Source: Podarcis liolepis (taxonomy: Eukaryota). From it: a stretch of DNA of 64,000 nucleotides. Both the position numbers and the translations under genes were made by a program. The DNA lies in assembly GCA_965112155.1 (NCBI GenBank), contig OZ218100.1; one strand, written 5' to 3'. The first letter of the stretch is position 1, and every line of letters begins with the position of its first letter. Below the pieces are notes generated by a model. That model searched no databases. It had not been told where the DNA came from and saw nothing but the letters and a program-made list of their open reading frames with translations. Positions 63,165 through 64,000 of this stretch are shown piece by piece.

Positions 63165-64000
63165 CTGCAAAAATTGCAACAAAGGGACGAAAATGAATTA
63201 GAAAAGCTCCCACTTGCATCAGATTAGGTAGATATGCAGAATATACTGAAACTAAGTCACAGCTATCATGAATGTCTGTCTGGCAGAGGATGCTACAAAG
63301 ACTCCTGGGATTAGGTGGATTACACATCTCCTTGGGGAGGGAGGCAGGAAGAAAGAGAGAGAGAGAGATGCCAAAGAGTCACTGCTTTGGACAATGCACA
63401 ACTACAAAGCTCAAGAAGAAGTGTGGTCCCTTTTGTGTAACATGTGATATAGTCAGGGGGTGAAATTATGTTGCTCGCCCAACTACAAGGACCAGGAACA
63501 GGTCACTTATCTGCCCTCTAGCTTCCAGAAAGGCTGGAGTTATTGAGCCAGCATTGTGGCCAAGTTAGTGGCCCAGAGTAGGGATGCCATTTACAGGAGA
63601 GAAGGGCTGAGGAAGAAGAGAGCACCAATTGCACCATTGTTTTGGTGAAAATTTAGTTTAGCAACCAAAGGGTCAGGATTTAAGTGTGCACCTCAGATGG
63701 GAAGGCAAAGTGCAAATGTGGCAACATGTGCTTGAAAACACGGACACCATACAGGCACACTTGTCAGCAGCCAAGACCAGCTTCTGCTGACACAGAAAGA
63801 GAACTGCTGGATCAGACCAAAAGTCCAGCATCTGCCATGAGAAACCTTGCAGTGCCCAGAAAAATGCAGGAGAGGAGAAAGGACAGAGCAGCAACACGTC
63901 AGAGTGGCAAAGCCATGTACCCAGGAGTTTTGTTGTCTAGAGACCAAACTTTATACTCCTGCTCAGTGACTTGCTGACAGCTGTTAAGGGTGTTTAATGG

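Overview
Vertebrate (squamate, most likely lacertid lizard, inferred from Sauria/Squam SINEs) genomic DNA with two convergent genes. The + strand carries the 3' two-thirds of CDC42BPA (MRCK-alpha): distal coiled-coil exons, the alternatively spliced linker, C1, PH, CNH, CRIB and Ser-rich tail exons, stop at 49971-49973, and a 3' UTR of about 4.3 kb. The - strand carries the last four coding exons and 3' UTR of COQ8A (ADCK3). Exons were placed by hand from GT-AG boundaries, phase continuity and similarity to remembered human sequences; no alignment was run. Introns hold L2 and CR1 remnants, SINEs, hAT, Tigger-like and Harbinger-like MITEs, and a Penelope-type fragment with an intact-looking minimal hammerhead ribozyme. 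The most notable material is in the two variable regions of CDC42BPA: a second-CRIB cassette exon, several candidate cassette, micro, poison and terminal exons, a phase-compensating exon pair, a possible recursive splice site and a dense MBNL-type YGCY cluster. No prokaryotic-type system and no convincing new protein-coding gene was seen; the novel exon calls are hypotheses that need RNA-seq.
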